From NCBI GenBank assembly GCA_963817915.1, contig CAWFQL010000016.1, positions 1 through 64,000 of the forward strand: 64,000 nt of DNA, in the 5' to 3' direction. Positions 29,093-38,977 of the stretch are shown piece after piece; within the stretch, counting starts at the first letter, position 1; every line of letters begins with the position of its first letter. The translations under genes and the position numbers were made by a program. The stretch is from an uncultured candidate division Zixibacteria bacterium. GTDB lineage: Bacteria; Zixibacteria; MSB-5A5; UBA10806. The notes beneath the pieces are model-generated. The model saw only the letters and a program-made list of their open reading frames with translations, was not told where the DNA came from and did no database searches.

Positions 29093-30424
29093 CTATAAAA
29101 TGGGCAGATAATTATTAATCTCATAATCCGTGACTGCAAGTCTGAAACGATCCCATTCAATAGTCTTATTGGCTATCAAAACATTGAAAATATGCTCGCC
29201 AAGGACTTCTTTCATCAAATGAGACTTCTTGAATTCATCTAATGCTTCCGCCAACGAACCTGGCAGCACATCGATTCTTTTCCGTTTGAGCTGCTTGGCA
29301 TCCATCTCGAAAATATTTTCTTCAATCGGCTCCGGTAATGGATACCCCTTCTTTATGCCCTCATATCCGGCGGCAAGCATCGCCGCAAATGCCAGATAAG
29401 GATTGCAGGCGGGATCGGGGTGACGTAGTTCAACGCGAGTGGCATTCTCCTTGCCCAGTTGGTACATCGGTACTCTTATCAATGACGAACGATTGCGACG
29501 TCCCCACGAAATATAGCAGGGCGCTTCATATCCCGGGACAAGTCTCTTATATGAATTCACCCACTGATTCGTGATCAGACACATCTCGCGGACATGCACT
29601 AATATCCCCGAAATATATTTCTTGGCCAATTCTGACAAATGATACTCATTGGATTGATCGTAGAAAGCGTTTCTTCCATCTTTGAAAAGTGATTGATGGG
29701 TATGCATTCCCGAACCATTAATACCAAAAAGCGGCTTGGGCATGAATGACGCATAATAGCCTCTGGCCAATGCCTGTTCCTTGACTATCAGACGATACAT
29801 CATGGCATAATCCGCCATCTTCATGGCTTCCTGGTATTTTAAATCGATTTCATGCTGACTGGGAGCGACCTCATGATGTGAGCATTCCACTGGAATACCA
29901 ATATCAGTCAATGCTCCCACAGCGGCCTTACGAAGATTGGTTGTCTCTTCGATCGTGGAATACTCAAAATACCCGCCCGTATCTATAATCTCAGGCGCCT
30001 TGGGGCTTTTGAAATAAAAGAATTCAATTTCCGGTCCCATGTATGCGGTATATCCTTCGGCCGATAGACGGTTAACCATACGCCGCAAGATATAACGGGG
30101 ATCACCCTCATAGGGCTCGCCATGCGGCGTTTTGATATCGCAAAATACCGAGGCAATCTTGGCGCCGTTGATTGACCACGGGAAAACGGCGAAAGTTGAA
30201 AGGTCCGGATGCGCCATCAAATCGGATTCTTCGATTCTGACAAATCCTTCAATCGATGAGCCGTCAAATCCTTGACCATTGGCAAAAACATCTTCAATCT
30301 CAGCGCGGGTGATGCTCATCCCCCGCAGCACTCCTAATACATCCGTAAACCATAGACGAATATATTTGATTCCCTCTTCGTCGATCAATTTCAACGCTTC
30401 GGCGCTGTCTTTCACTCCAATCAT
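29093..30424 (-). CDS. glnA: Glutamine synthetase type I family
   Basis: 'FDGSSIEGF', 'HHEVAPSQHEI', 'FMPKP..NGSGMH', 'NSYKRLVPGYEAP', 'NRS..IRVP', 'NPYLA'. Confidence 0.93.
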   Translation of the reverse strand: MIGVKDSAEALKLIDEEGIKYIRLWFTDVLGVLRGMSITRAEIEDVFANGQGFDGSSIEGFVRIEESDLMAHPDLSTFAVFPWSINGAKIASVFCDIKTPHGEPYEGDPRYILRRMVNRLSAEGYTAYMGPEIEFFYFKSPKAPEIIDTGGYFEYSTIEETTNLRKAAVGALTDIGIPVECSHHEVAPSQHEIDLKYQEAMKMADYAMMYRLIVKEQALARGYYASFMPKPLFGINGSGMHTHQSLFKDGRNAFYDQSNEYHLSELAKKYISGILVHVREMCLITNQWVNSYKRLVPGYEAPCYISWGRRNRSSLIRVPMYQLGKENATRVELRHPDPACNPYLAFAAMLAAGYEGIKKGYPLPEPIEENIFEMDAKQLKRKRIDVLPGSLAEALDEFKKSHLMKEVLGEHIFNVLIANKTIEWDRFRLAVTDYEINNYLPIL

Positions 30425-30463
30425 TTTGACTCTCCTTATGTTAAATTAATAGAATATCGCTCA

Positions 30464-32453
30464 CTATTTCGCCATAGACTCATCCTGCCAGACCTTGAAT
30501 GACTCTCTTTTCATCGGTTCGGCAGGTTTAAAATTATCAATATATTGATTGATTAAAAGCTGAGTCGAAAGAATCCCTATAAACGACATATTATCCTTGA
30601 ATGACAAATGCGCGTGGGATAACCGCGAGCATTTCTCCTTTAATTTTTCTACAAATGAAGGGTTAAAAACGCCGGCCTTCTGCAAATTTGATTTTGAAAG
30701 AATCTCGGAAATATATTCGGGAGAATCCGGCTGGAAAAAGCTATTTGAATCCGGCGCCATATACGGCTGCTTGACTCTGCCCGTAATTTCCTTCGGCAAT
30801 TCCTTTTTCATCGCGGTTTTCAGAACAAATTTTTCTTTCAATCCCAATATTTTATGCCATGGAGGGATATTCGCGGCAAACTCTACGACTCGATGATCAA
30901 GAAATGGGAATCTGCCCTCAACAGAATGCCCCGCGGTTACCCGATCTCCCTGCGACGATAGCAGATATCCTGACAATAGGGACCTGGCTTCGAGATATTG
31001 CGCTCGTGATAAGATGATGCCATCTGCTAAAATTAGATGGGATATCTCGCTCGAATGATTTCAGCGAATCAAAATTTTTAATAATCGATTTAATATCATC
31101 ACTGAAGAAATCTTTGATCTTGATAGTCGTATTGATTCTCGGAATGTGCGAAAAATAATATTTATCGATTTCGGAAAGCCCGGCCTTATAAAAGGTCTCC
31201 AAATAGAATTTGGCTCTGGCGCCGCTTAACGGTAATGTCGGATAAAGCCTTTGCAGGAGCGATGGCCGCCAGGCTGATTCGGGATCCTTTGCCCAGAATT
31301 TGCGTATGAGAGTCTCTTTGAAAATATCATATCCGCCTAAAATCTCATCGGAGCCTTCGCCGGTTAGCACAACCTTGAAATTGTGCTTTCTCACAAGCGA
31401 CGACAGCAAATAAAGCGGCGCCGGAGCCGTGCGCAAAATAGGCCGTTCAGTATGCCAGATGACATTCGGGAAATTCTCGGCGATATCATGGTATGAGCAT
31501 TTTATCTGATGATGATTCGTGCCCAGATATTCGGACATTTGATTTTGATATTCCGATTCATCGAATGCCTTGTCATGGAACGCCACCGAAAATGTCTCGA
31601 CACGATTTTTGGTAAAATTTCGAATCAATGAAGTTATAGCCGATGAATCCAATCCCCCGGACAGATAAGCCCCAACGGGCACATCTGCTCTGAGACGGAG
31701 CCTGACTGAATCCACCAATAACGAATGCAGTTCGTCTGCCCAACTTTGAAGGCTTCGATTGTGATCAAAGGATTCAGGATAATTCATTGACCAGTAGCGG
31801 CTTGATTTTATCTTTCCATTTGAAATTTCCAAACTGGAGCCCGCCTCCAATTCATTGATATTCTCGAAGGCTGTATTGGGCGCTGAAGTTGTCCACCATG
31901 TAAATATCTCGTCGAGACCCTTGAAGTCTAATTTCCTCGGAAATGTCGGGTCGCAAAATATCGATTTAATCTCCGAGGCGAAATAAAATCGCCCATTGTG
32001 AGTCGCGTAAAATACCGGTCTGACTCCCAGCCTGTCGCGAGATATAAATAGCGATTGTTTTTTCTTATCATATATAGCGAATGCCCACTGACCATTGAAA
32101 TGGTTAACACAGTCTTTACCCCAATGCTCATAGGCATGGACGATTACTTCGGTATCGGAATGAGTTTTGAATTTGTGGCCGGCCCGTTCCAATTCCGGAC
32201 GCAGCTCGATATAATTATATATTTCGCCATTGAAGGTAATCCAGATGGTGCCATCTTCATTCGAAAGTGGCTGAGAGCCACTGGATAAATCAATTATCGA
32301 TAGCCTGGCTTGACCCAGGACGCATTTATTGTCGAAATAGGCCCCAAATTCATCGGGCCCTCTATGCCGAATAATATTAATCATTCGCCCGATGAGTTCT
32401 TTATCGGGTCTGGCTGTATTATTAAGTTGAAAATATCCGGCGATTCCGCACAT
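30464..32453 (-). CDS. asnB: Asparagine synthase (glutamine-hydrolysing) family amidotransferase, with a +1 frameshift near 31010
   Basis: 'MCGIAG', 'HRGPD', 'RLSIIDL', 'FNGEIYN', 'LSGGLDSS', 'LTGEGSDE'; C-terminal 'DR...HSVEGRFPFLDHR'. Confidence 0.92.
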
Positions 32454-32720
32454 AAAATGATTTTCTAAATTAAAGCAACCTTCATTGAAATATCTGATTC
32501 AAATCAATACCATTTCGTGAACAAATAGCGAATGTCATTTGAACGACAAAAGCGCATCCTTTGTTTCCATATTATCGGCTAATTAACGCGATTTGACAAC
32601 AAAAATGTAAAAAAAGATGGATCAATTTGAAATATAGTTGGTTGAAATTAGCAGAAAAGAATAATCATGGCGGCAAAAACGGCGGCGTGTATTATCTACA
32701 TGCCGATTTTGAACTGCTTT

Positions 32721-33731
32721 CTAGAACTTGGTGATTGGAAGATCGTGCTCCAACCTATGCCATTCAATAGTTTTTATGAGACCGTTTACCAGCCTGGTCT
32801 TATATTTGTACCCAAGCAAGGCGGCCGCCTTGGAAAGATCGGGAAACCGTTTCATGACATCTTCATATCTTACTTCGAAGCTTTCATAGGGCACAAATTT
32901 AATCTTTGGCTGTTTTGAATTATCGACTAACCTGCTTATCAGCTCGGCCAAAAATAAAATCGTGACCTCTTCATCTGATCCCAGATTAATAATTTCACCA
33001 ATCGCCTTATCACTTTCTCCTGCCATAACAATGCCGGCTATCAAATCATCTATATAGGTAAACGATCTGGTTTGATTGCCAGTGCCGTGAACAGTTATTT
33101 CCTCGCCTTTGAGAGCCTGGTCGATAAAGACCGACTGCGGACCGCCCCACCAAGACCTGTGATGTCTCGGCCCGTAGCTGCCGAAAAATCTCAGAATAAC
33201 TATCGGTACACGTTTCTGGCGATAATACGCAAATGCCAGATGCTCATCGAATATCTTGCTTGTGGCATAGCTCCATCTGCCGATATTGGTTGGCCCGAGC
33301 ACTAAATCGCTGGTTTCGCTGAATGGCGGAGTGCCCTTACCGTAGACATCTGATGTCGACGCCAGGATGACCTTACAGGAATTTTCGGCGGCCACTTCGA
33401 AGATATTCATTGTGCCATGATTATTGATCTGCAATGTTGAGAGCGCGTCGCCATAACGCGGTATCTTGCGCGCTGCCAGATGATAGATAATCGAAATATC
33501 CTTCATGGCGCTCCGCAATTCATTTATATCACAAACATCGGCTTCGATGAATGAAAAATCCGGATTATCCTTGTGCTGGCTGATATTTTTTAGAAAGCCA
33601 TGAGAAAGATCATCATAGCATACGACACGCCAGCCTTTTTGAATAATAGCGTCGCAAAGATGAGAACCGATAAATCCCGCGCCGCCGGTGACCATGGCTA
33701 TAGGTTTTGTATTATTAATAAGTCTCTCCAA
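32721..33731 (-). CDS. NAD-dependent nucleotide-sugar epimerase/dehydratase (extended SDR)
   Basis: 'TGGAGFIGSHL', 'STSDVYG', 'YATSK', 'YGPR', 'QTRSFTYIDD'. Confidence 0.9.
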   Translation of the reverse strand: MERLINNTKPIAMVTGGAGFIGSHLCDAIIQKGWRVVCYDDLSHGFLKNISQHKDNPDFSFIEADVCDINELRSAMKDISIIYHLAARKIPRYGDALSTLQINNHGTMNIFEVAAENSCKVILASTSDVYGKGTPPFSETSDLVLGPTNIGRWSYATSKIFDEHLAFAYYRQKRVPIVILRFFGSYGPRHHRSWWGGPQSVFIDQALKGEEITVHGTGNQTRSFTYIDDLIAGIVMAGESDKAIGEIINLGSDEEVTILFLAELISRLVDNSKQPKIKFVPYESFEVRYEDVMKRFPDLSKAAALLGYKYKTRLVNGLIKTIEWHRLEHDLPITKF

Positions 33732-33770
33732 TTTAATTATTAAATCTCTATGCGGATTAAAGACTGCGGT

Positions 33771-34964
33771 TCAACCTTTGGATATTCCCACTTCGGTTAT
33801 TTTGATCTTTGTCGTGCCACCTCTGACTGGACCGGGAGCCAGCATCTTGTCTCGAATTTTCATGAATTCATCGACTGTTCTTTCGGCGGCCCTGCCATCC
33901 CAATACTTTGGTGCGTTCCCCTTCTTTATATTCCCTCCGATAATGTTCTCCGCTTCGGCGATCAATTTTTCCGGATAGGGACCTACGAGGATATTAGTTC
34001 CTTCATTGATAGTCGAATTTCTCTCGGTGCATTTAAGCAATGTCAGACAAGGTACGTTGAGCATTGTTGTTTCTTCCTGTACACCGCTTGAATCGGTTAT
34101 GGCCATTGTAGCCTCGGATTCCAATTTTATAAAATCCAGATACCCTAATGGCTCGATCAATCTTATCATCGGATTTGCAAAATACGGAGTCAATCCATAT
34201 TTTTCAAGGACTAATCTTGTTCTGGGGTGGCAGGGAAAGACTACCGGGATTTTGCTCGATAATGTCGCGACAGCCTGAATGATCATCTCCAAAGTCTTGC
34301 GATTTTCGATATTTGGAGGGTGATGCAGAGTCAATAGTGCATATTTCTTCGATCCAAGTTTCAAATCGTTTTTTATGGTCCTGGTTTGCGCGGTCACCAG
34401 CAATGAGTTTAATGAATCGATCGCTGTGCTGCCAACGAAAAATATCTTTTCTTCAGGCGTTCCACTATTCAAAAGATTTTGATATGCGGCTCTTTCGCTC
34501 GCGAAAAGATATTGCGAAATACTATCGACGAGAAGCCTGTTTATCTCCTCGGTTGATGACATATCTCCGGAGCGTAAACCCGCTTCGAGATGCGCCACTG
34601 GGATTTTGTGCTTTGCCGCTATAATCGCCGAGGCCATAGCGGTATTGGCGCCGCCAATTGTAACTATAATATGAGGCTGAAGCTCCAGGAGCGCCCTCTC
34701 GAATTCATTCATTAGCTTTCCAATTTGGAGAGCTGGCGAGCCGGACCCGGTCTCCAAATGAATTTCAGGACCAAGCAATCCGAGTTCGTCAATTAGATTA
34801 TGCGAAAGATTGTCGTCATAATGCTGACCGGCATGAACTAATATGGGTTCTAAAAAATCATTGTATCGTCCCATTCTTTTTATCAATGGAGCGGCCTTGA
34901 TAAAATCCGGACGGGTGCCCGCCACAATCATGATTTTCATTCTGGATTGATGATAATTATCCAA
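33771..34964 (-). CDS. wecB: UDP-GlcNAc 2-epimerase (non-hydrolysing) family, with degenerate motifs
   Basis: 'GTRPDFIK', 'HAGQHYD', 'HLEAGLRS', 'EEINR', 'TDSSGVQEE', 'WDGRAAER'. Confidence 0.8.
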   Translation of the reverse strand: MDNYHQSRMKIMIVAGTRPDFIKAAPLIKRMGRYNDFLEPILVHAGQHYDDNLSHNLIDELGLLGPEIHLETGSGSPALQIGKLMNEFERALLELQPHIIVTIGGANTAMASAIIAAKHKIPVAHLEAGLRSGDMSSTEEINRLLVDSISQYLFASERAAYQNLLNSGTPEEKIFFVGSTAIDSLNSLLVTAQTRTIKNDLKLGSKKYALLTLHHPPNIENRKTLEMIIQAVATLSSKIPVVFPCHPRTRLVLEKYGLTPYFANPMIRLIEPLGYLDFIKLESEATMAITDSSGVQEETTMLNVPCLTLLKCTERNSTINEGTNILVGPYPEKLIAEAENIIGGNIKKGNAPKYWDGRAAERTVDEFMKIRDKMLAPGPVRGGTTKIKITEVGISKG

Positions 34965-35108
34965 ATCCCCTCCCTGGAAATGCCAAAAACATTATGAGCT
35001 ATCTATAATTCATTTTCGGATAAATAATGGCCGAGTATAGCTTTCGAGCAATTAATTATGGAATTTCTTTTGGTCGGCGAATAGCATTGGCCGTCAATTA
35101 TAGATGAG

Positions 35109-35936
35109 CTATATGGCTAAAGAAGTATGATTGGAATTATCGGATAGATGCAGGTATTTTTCACAGCTGATAAATTCATATCGCGCAAGCAGACGTTTGA
35201 GCTTTTCCTCGGCTAAAGTCAAATTGCCGAAATTGGGGTAATCGGTATATTCCGCGTTCATACGCCGCGGGTGATACTTGTCCAACTCCCATAACCTCAT
35301 ATTTATCATGGCTGGCGAACCTGATTGGTTTAGTTTTTTTATGGACCGATTGACGAACCAATATGGAAGAGTGCGGATATTTTCGCCGAATCTCGCCTGC
35401 ATCCAAAATTTATTATAAGTCGATTGCGGCACGCATATTACAGAATTATCGCCCTCCAATTGTATGGGGAATAGCTTGTTTGGTGAAAAACGCCGTCCGC
35501 GCGGAAAAAGGCTGCAGTCATATTTGAATCCCACTTCGCCAATAATGCTGTAAATTCCAAGATTTTCCCGATTCAAATACCTGCTGGATGCCTTAAAACC
35601 AAGGATATTCTTTCCGATGATATCTTCCAACGTTGACTTGGATTTGACCAATTCTTCTTTGAGTTTATCGGCGGATATCGTCGTAATATCCACATGGGTA
35701 AAACCATGGCTCGCGACTTCATGCCCTCGCGAATCCAAGAGCGCAACGACTTCCGGAAATTTTCGAGCCACCCAGCCCAAGACAAAAAATGTAGCCTTGG
35801 CTTTTTCCTCATCAAGCAAATCAAGCAGGTGAATCAAGATCGGAATTATGCGGGATCTTCGATCGGGTAGTTCGAAGGCGGGGCTTTCTGCATGGAATCG
35901 GTCTTCAACTTCGAATGTCAGTATATTTCTCATCAA
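35109..35936 (-). CDS. Polysaccharide deacetylase (CE4, DUF3473/XrtA-associated type), with degenerate motifs
   Basis: 'KATFFVLGWVA', 'GHEVASHGFTH', 'WELD..HPR'. Confidence 0.75.
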   Translation of the reverse strand: MMRNILTFEVEDRFHAESPAFELPDRRSRIIPILIHLLDLLDEEKAKATFFVLGWVARKFPEVVALLDSRGHEVASHGFTHVDITTISADKLKEELVKSKSTLEDIIGKNILGFKASSRYLNRENLGIYSIIGEVGFKYDCSLFPRGRRFSPNKLFPIQLEGDNSVICVPQSTYNKFWMQARFGENIRTLPYWFVNRSIKKLNQSGSPAMINMRLWELDKYHPRRMNAEYTDYPNFGNLTLAEEKLKRLLARYEFISCEKYLHLSDNSNHTSLAI

Positions 35937-36121
35937 ACTTTCTTTCTTTTCCGGCGCTTATCCATCTAATGATATGTCGGCAATATTCAGCCTGTATTAG
36001 ATTAGGCACAAACTTATAATAAACTTAAATTTTATCAAATGCTACAAACAATATCCCTGAGGCTGATGGAGGATAATATTTATGCAATTCGGCAGTATAA
36101 ATTATTTAGGCAATTTAAAAA

Positions 36122-38899
36122 TTAACGATAGCCGAAGACTTCGGCATAAATAATCAGCAATATCAGAGCTATGCCAAGAGAAAGTGCAGTCCAACCAAAT
36201 ATCTTCAGACCACGAACCACAATCGGCGGCAACGGATCAACCAGGCGATTCTCCAGCTCGCCGGATTCCAATGCTTCCTGGTATTCACGCGGACGATCTT
36301 CCTTAAATTCTTCCAGTGGCACGCGGCCTGTGAATATTACAGTATCCATCGGGAATTTGTCGGGACGGAAATGAGTGTTGAAGAAATGCACAGTGAAGAT
36401 AAAGCCCACCGCGAGAAGCGCCTCATCCGAATGAATAACCGTGGCGACATTGATAAACCAGCCCGGGAAGATACGAGTAAATAACTCCGGAAACCAGAGG
36501 ATTAACCCCGTGGCACCGATAATACCAACTCCCCAGAATACCGCGAAATAGTCAAATTTTTCCCAGTAAGTCCATCTACCATACGCCGGTCGTGGAGCTT
36601 TTCCGATAAACCATTTTATTGTTCCCCATACCTCTTTGGCGTCATTCAAATTGGGCAGCATTGAGTTGGGGCCAAAGATGAATTCCTTCCAGGATTTTTT
36701 CGATTTCGATTTTTGCCTGAATAGATCGAAAATGTGTATTCCAAAATATCCGAATGTAATCAATGCGCAAACTCTATGAACAAATCCGGCGGATTCAAAT
36801 CCTCCGAGGACATGCGAAAGCCATTGCGCCCAGCCCAAGTATGAGAATTTCAGTATCATACCGGTAATGGCAAGACCAATGAAACTGATAATTACGAATA
36901 TATGCAATCTTCGAGGCAGACTGGCGAATCTTAAATATTCTTTTCCGCCCTTATGCTGTGCCTGCATCTTCCTGTGCTCCCTCATCATCTGGAATGAACG
37001 AGGCAGCCAGAGCGCCGTATGAATACCGGATAAAGTCAGAGTCGATACCAAAAGAATTGTCATGAACCAGAATGTATAAAACAGAACGGGATATCTGCTG
37101 CGATCGTGATGGGTAGCATGGGTCAGATAGCCTGCAAATCGACGATGCGAGCCGGGGTGGCATTGCGCGCAGGTTTTTACAATATTCTGCCTGGAAAGAT
37201 GCGATCTCGGATCCCAGGTCGGCTGGACATCGTGCGCGCCATGGCAATCATAACATTTTGCGGCCCCGCTATAACCAAGCTTCGATACCTTGCCGTGATA
37301 AGTATCGAAATATGTTTTCATAACATCTTCATGGCAGCGGCCGCATTGATTGATAATACCAAGCATAAACGCATCCTGGTCTGTTCTTCTGATAGTATGC
37401 GAAGTATGGCAATCGCTGCACATCGGCAACGGTTTATCTGACTTGGAAACCGCACGCGAATGAATACTCTTGTTAAATTCTTCGTAAATTCCGTTATGGC
37501 ATTTCGCACAGGTGTTAGGAATATTAGCCGGGTTGACGCTTGATTCGGGGTCTTTGCCGGGCAATTCATGGTGTGCCGTATGGCAATCGGTGCACATGGC
37601 GGTTACGACAAGACCGCTCTCCAATAGCCCTTTGCCATGGATACTTTCTACATAGTTGCTGAGGATGTTATGCTCTTCACCCTTATATCGGATCGCCGCT
37701 TTGTTACCTTCCTTGTGACATTTACCGCATAAATCCGGGACATGAGTAGGATATGTAGGTGAATCCGTTTGTCTGCGATCCTTGATGCCGTGCTTTCCGT
37801 GACAATCACCGCAGATAGGCGCATTGGGATCGCCACGATCCGCGAGTTTTCCATGGGTACTCGTACTATAGGTCTTGACCACTTCAGCATGACATACCGA
37901 ACAATCAACTTTTGTAGTTATTGTTGAACAAGACCGCTTTTCGGCCGGGCTGGCTCCACTATGACATTGAGCGCAGGCGACATTGCGGTGGATCGAGCCT
38001 TTAACTTCAGTCGTATCGATATATAATGATAAAGTATCCGAACCGATTATTGAAACCAGATTCTTATTGGAATGGCATGACATGCAATCTCGGTCTGCCA
38101 TGCCGAGCTCATAGTAAATTTTGCGGACTCGATGGGGGGCATGACAATCAACACAGATCGGAACACTATTCGGCGATTTTTGCCACAACTCACCTTTTAT
38201 TACTTTTTGATGAACTTTCTCGATCATCCCATGACATTTTTCGCATGTCTTCGCAACATTGAATCGGTAAATTGTCGATCTGGGATCGGTATGAGGCAAT
38301 ACATTATGCGATGTATGACAATCAGTACAAACCGCCGAAACTGTCAATCCCTTTTCGAAAAGACCGACACCATGCATACTGAATGAGTAATGGCTTAAAA
38401 TACTGTCTTGCGGGATATCGTAAGTGCGCGTGACCTCGGAACCCTCTTTATGACAACGGCCGCATACAAATGGAATATTGGCTTTCGTAACCTTGGAATC
38501 GGGAGAGTCTGTTTTGATTATGTCATGAGCGCCGTGGCAATCCCAGCATCTCGGTGCGAGCCTTTCGCCGGCCGCCACTGCTCTTCCATGAAGACTGCCA
38601 TCATATATTTTTTCTACGTCGTCATGACAGCTGCCACATTTGGGTGGCGCTACATTTTCTTTATGGGGGAATTCTGCCTGTGCCAGATCTTCGTGGCAGG
38701 AAATACAATCCAAATCGGCATGGATAGATTTTGATAACTGCTTTTTATCTACGAATAGTGAAACCTGGCTGCCATTAATCTCTTTTGTGAGGGATTTGTC
38801 TCCGTGGCATCCCAGGCAGTCATCGGCAGTCTGGGCATTCAACCCTGAAGCGCACAAAACAAAAATACAAGCGAATATTAATTTGCGGAACGTATTCAT
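36122..38899 (-). CDS. 19-heme cytochrome c fused to a cytochrome-b membrane domain (CbcL-like)
   Basis: Signal peptide, 19 CXXCH counted by eye, TM domain with 'HRVCA', 'YWEKFDYFAVFWG', 'IHSDEALLA..HFFNTH'. Confidence 0.88.
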   Translation of the reverse strand: MNTFRKLIFACIFVLCASGLNAQTADDCLGCHGDKSLTKEINGSQVSLFVDKKQLSKSIHADLDCISCHEDLAQAEFPHKENVAPPKCGSCHDDVEKIYDGSLHGRAVAAGERLAPRCWDCHGAHDIIKTDSPDSKVTKANIPFVCGRCHKEGSEVTRTYDIPQDSILSHYSFSMHGVGLFEKGLTVSAVCTDCHTSHNVLPHTDPRSTIYRFNVAKTCEKCHGMIEKVHQKVIKGELWQKSPNSVPICVDCHAPHRVRKIYYELGMADRDCMSCHSNKNLVSIIGSDTLSLYIDTTEVKGSIHRNVACAQCHSGASPAEKRSCSTITTKVDCSVCHAEVVKTYSTSTHGKLADRGDPNAPICGDCHGKHGIKDRRQTDSPTYPTHVPDLCGKCHKEGNKAAIRYKGEEHNILSNYVESIHGKGLLESGLVVTAMCTDCHTAHHELPGKDPESSVNPANIPNTCAKCHNGIYEEFNKSIHSRAVSKSDKPLPMCSDCHTSHTIRRTDQDAFMLGIINQCGRCHEDVMKTYFDTYHGKVSKLGYSGAAKCYDCHGAHDVQPTWDPRSHLSRQNIVKTCAQCHPGSHRRFAGYLTHATHHDRSRYPVLFYTFWFMTILLVSTLTLSGIHTALWLPRSFQMMREHRKMQAQHKGGKEYLRFASLPRRLHIFVIISFIGLAITGMILKFSYLGWAQWLSHVLGGFESAGFVHRVCALITFGYFGIHIFDLFRQKSKSKKSWKEFIFGPNSMLPNLNDAKEVWGTIKWFIGKAPRPAYGRWTYWEKFDYFAVFWGVGIIGATGLILWFPELFTRIFPGWFINVATVIHSDEALLAVGFIFTVHFFNTHFRPDKFPMDTVIFTGRVPLEEFKEDRPREYQEALESGELENRLVDPLPPIVVRGLKIFGWTALSLGIALILLIIYAEVFGYR

Positions 38900-38977
38900 T
38901 TGTTTTTTTGCGTCACCCTGTTGCCATAGTATTTACGCGACAATATCTTTACCTGCCAAATTATCCTTATTGCCCGA

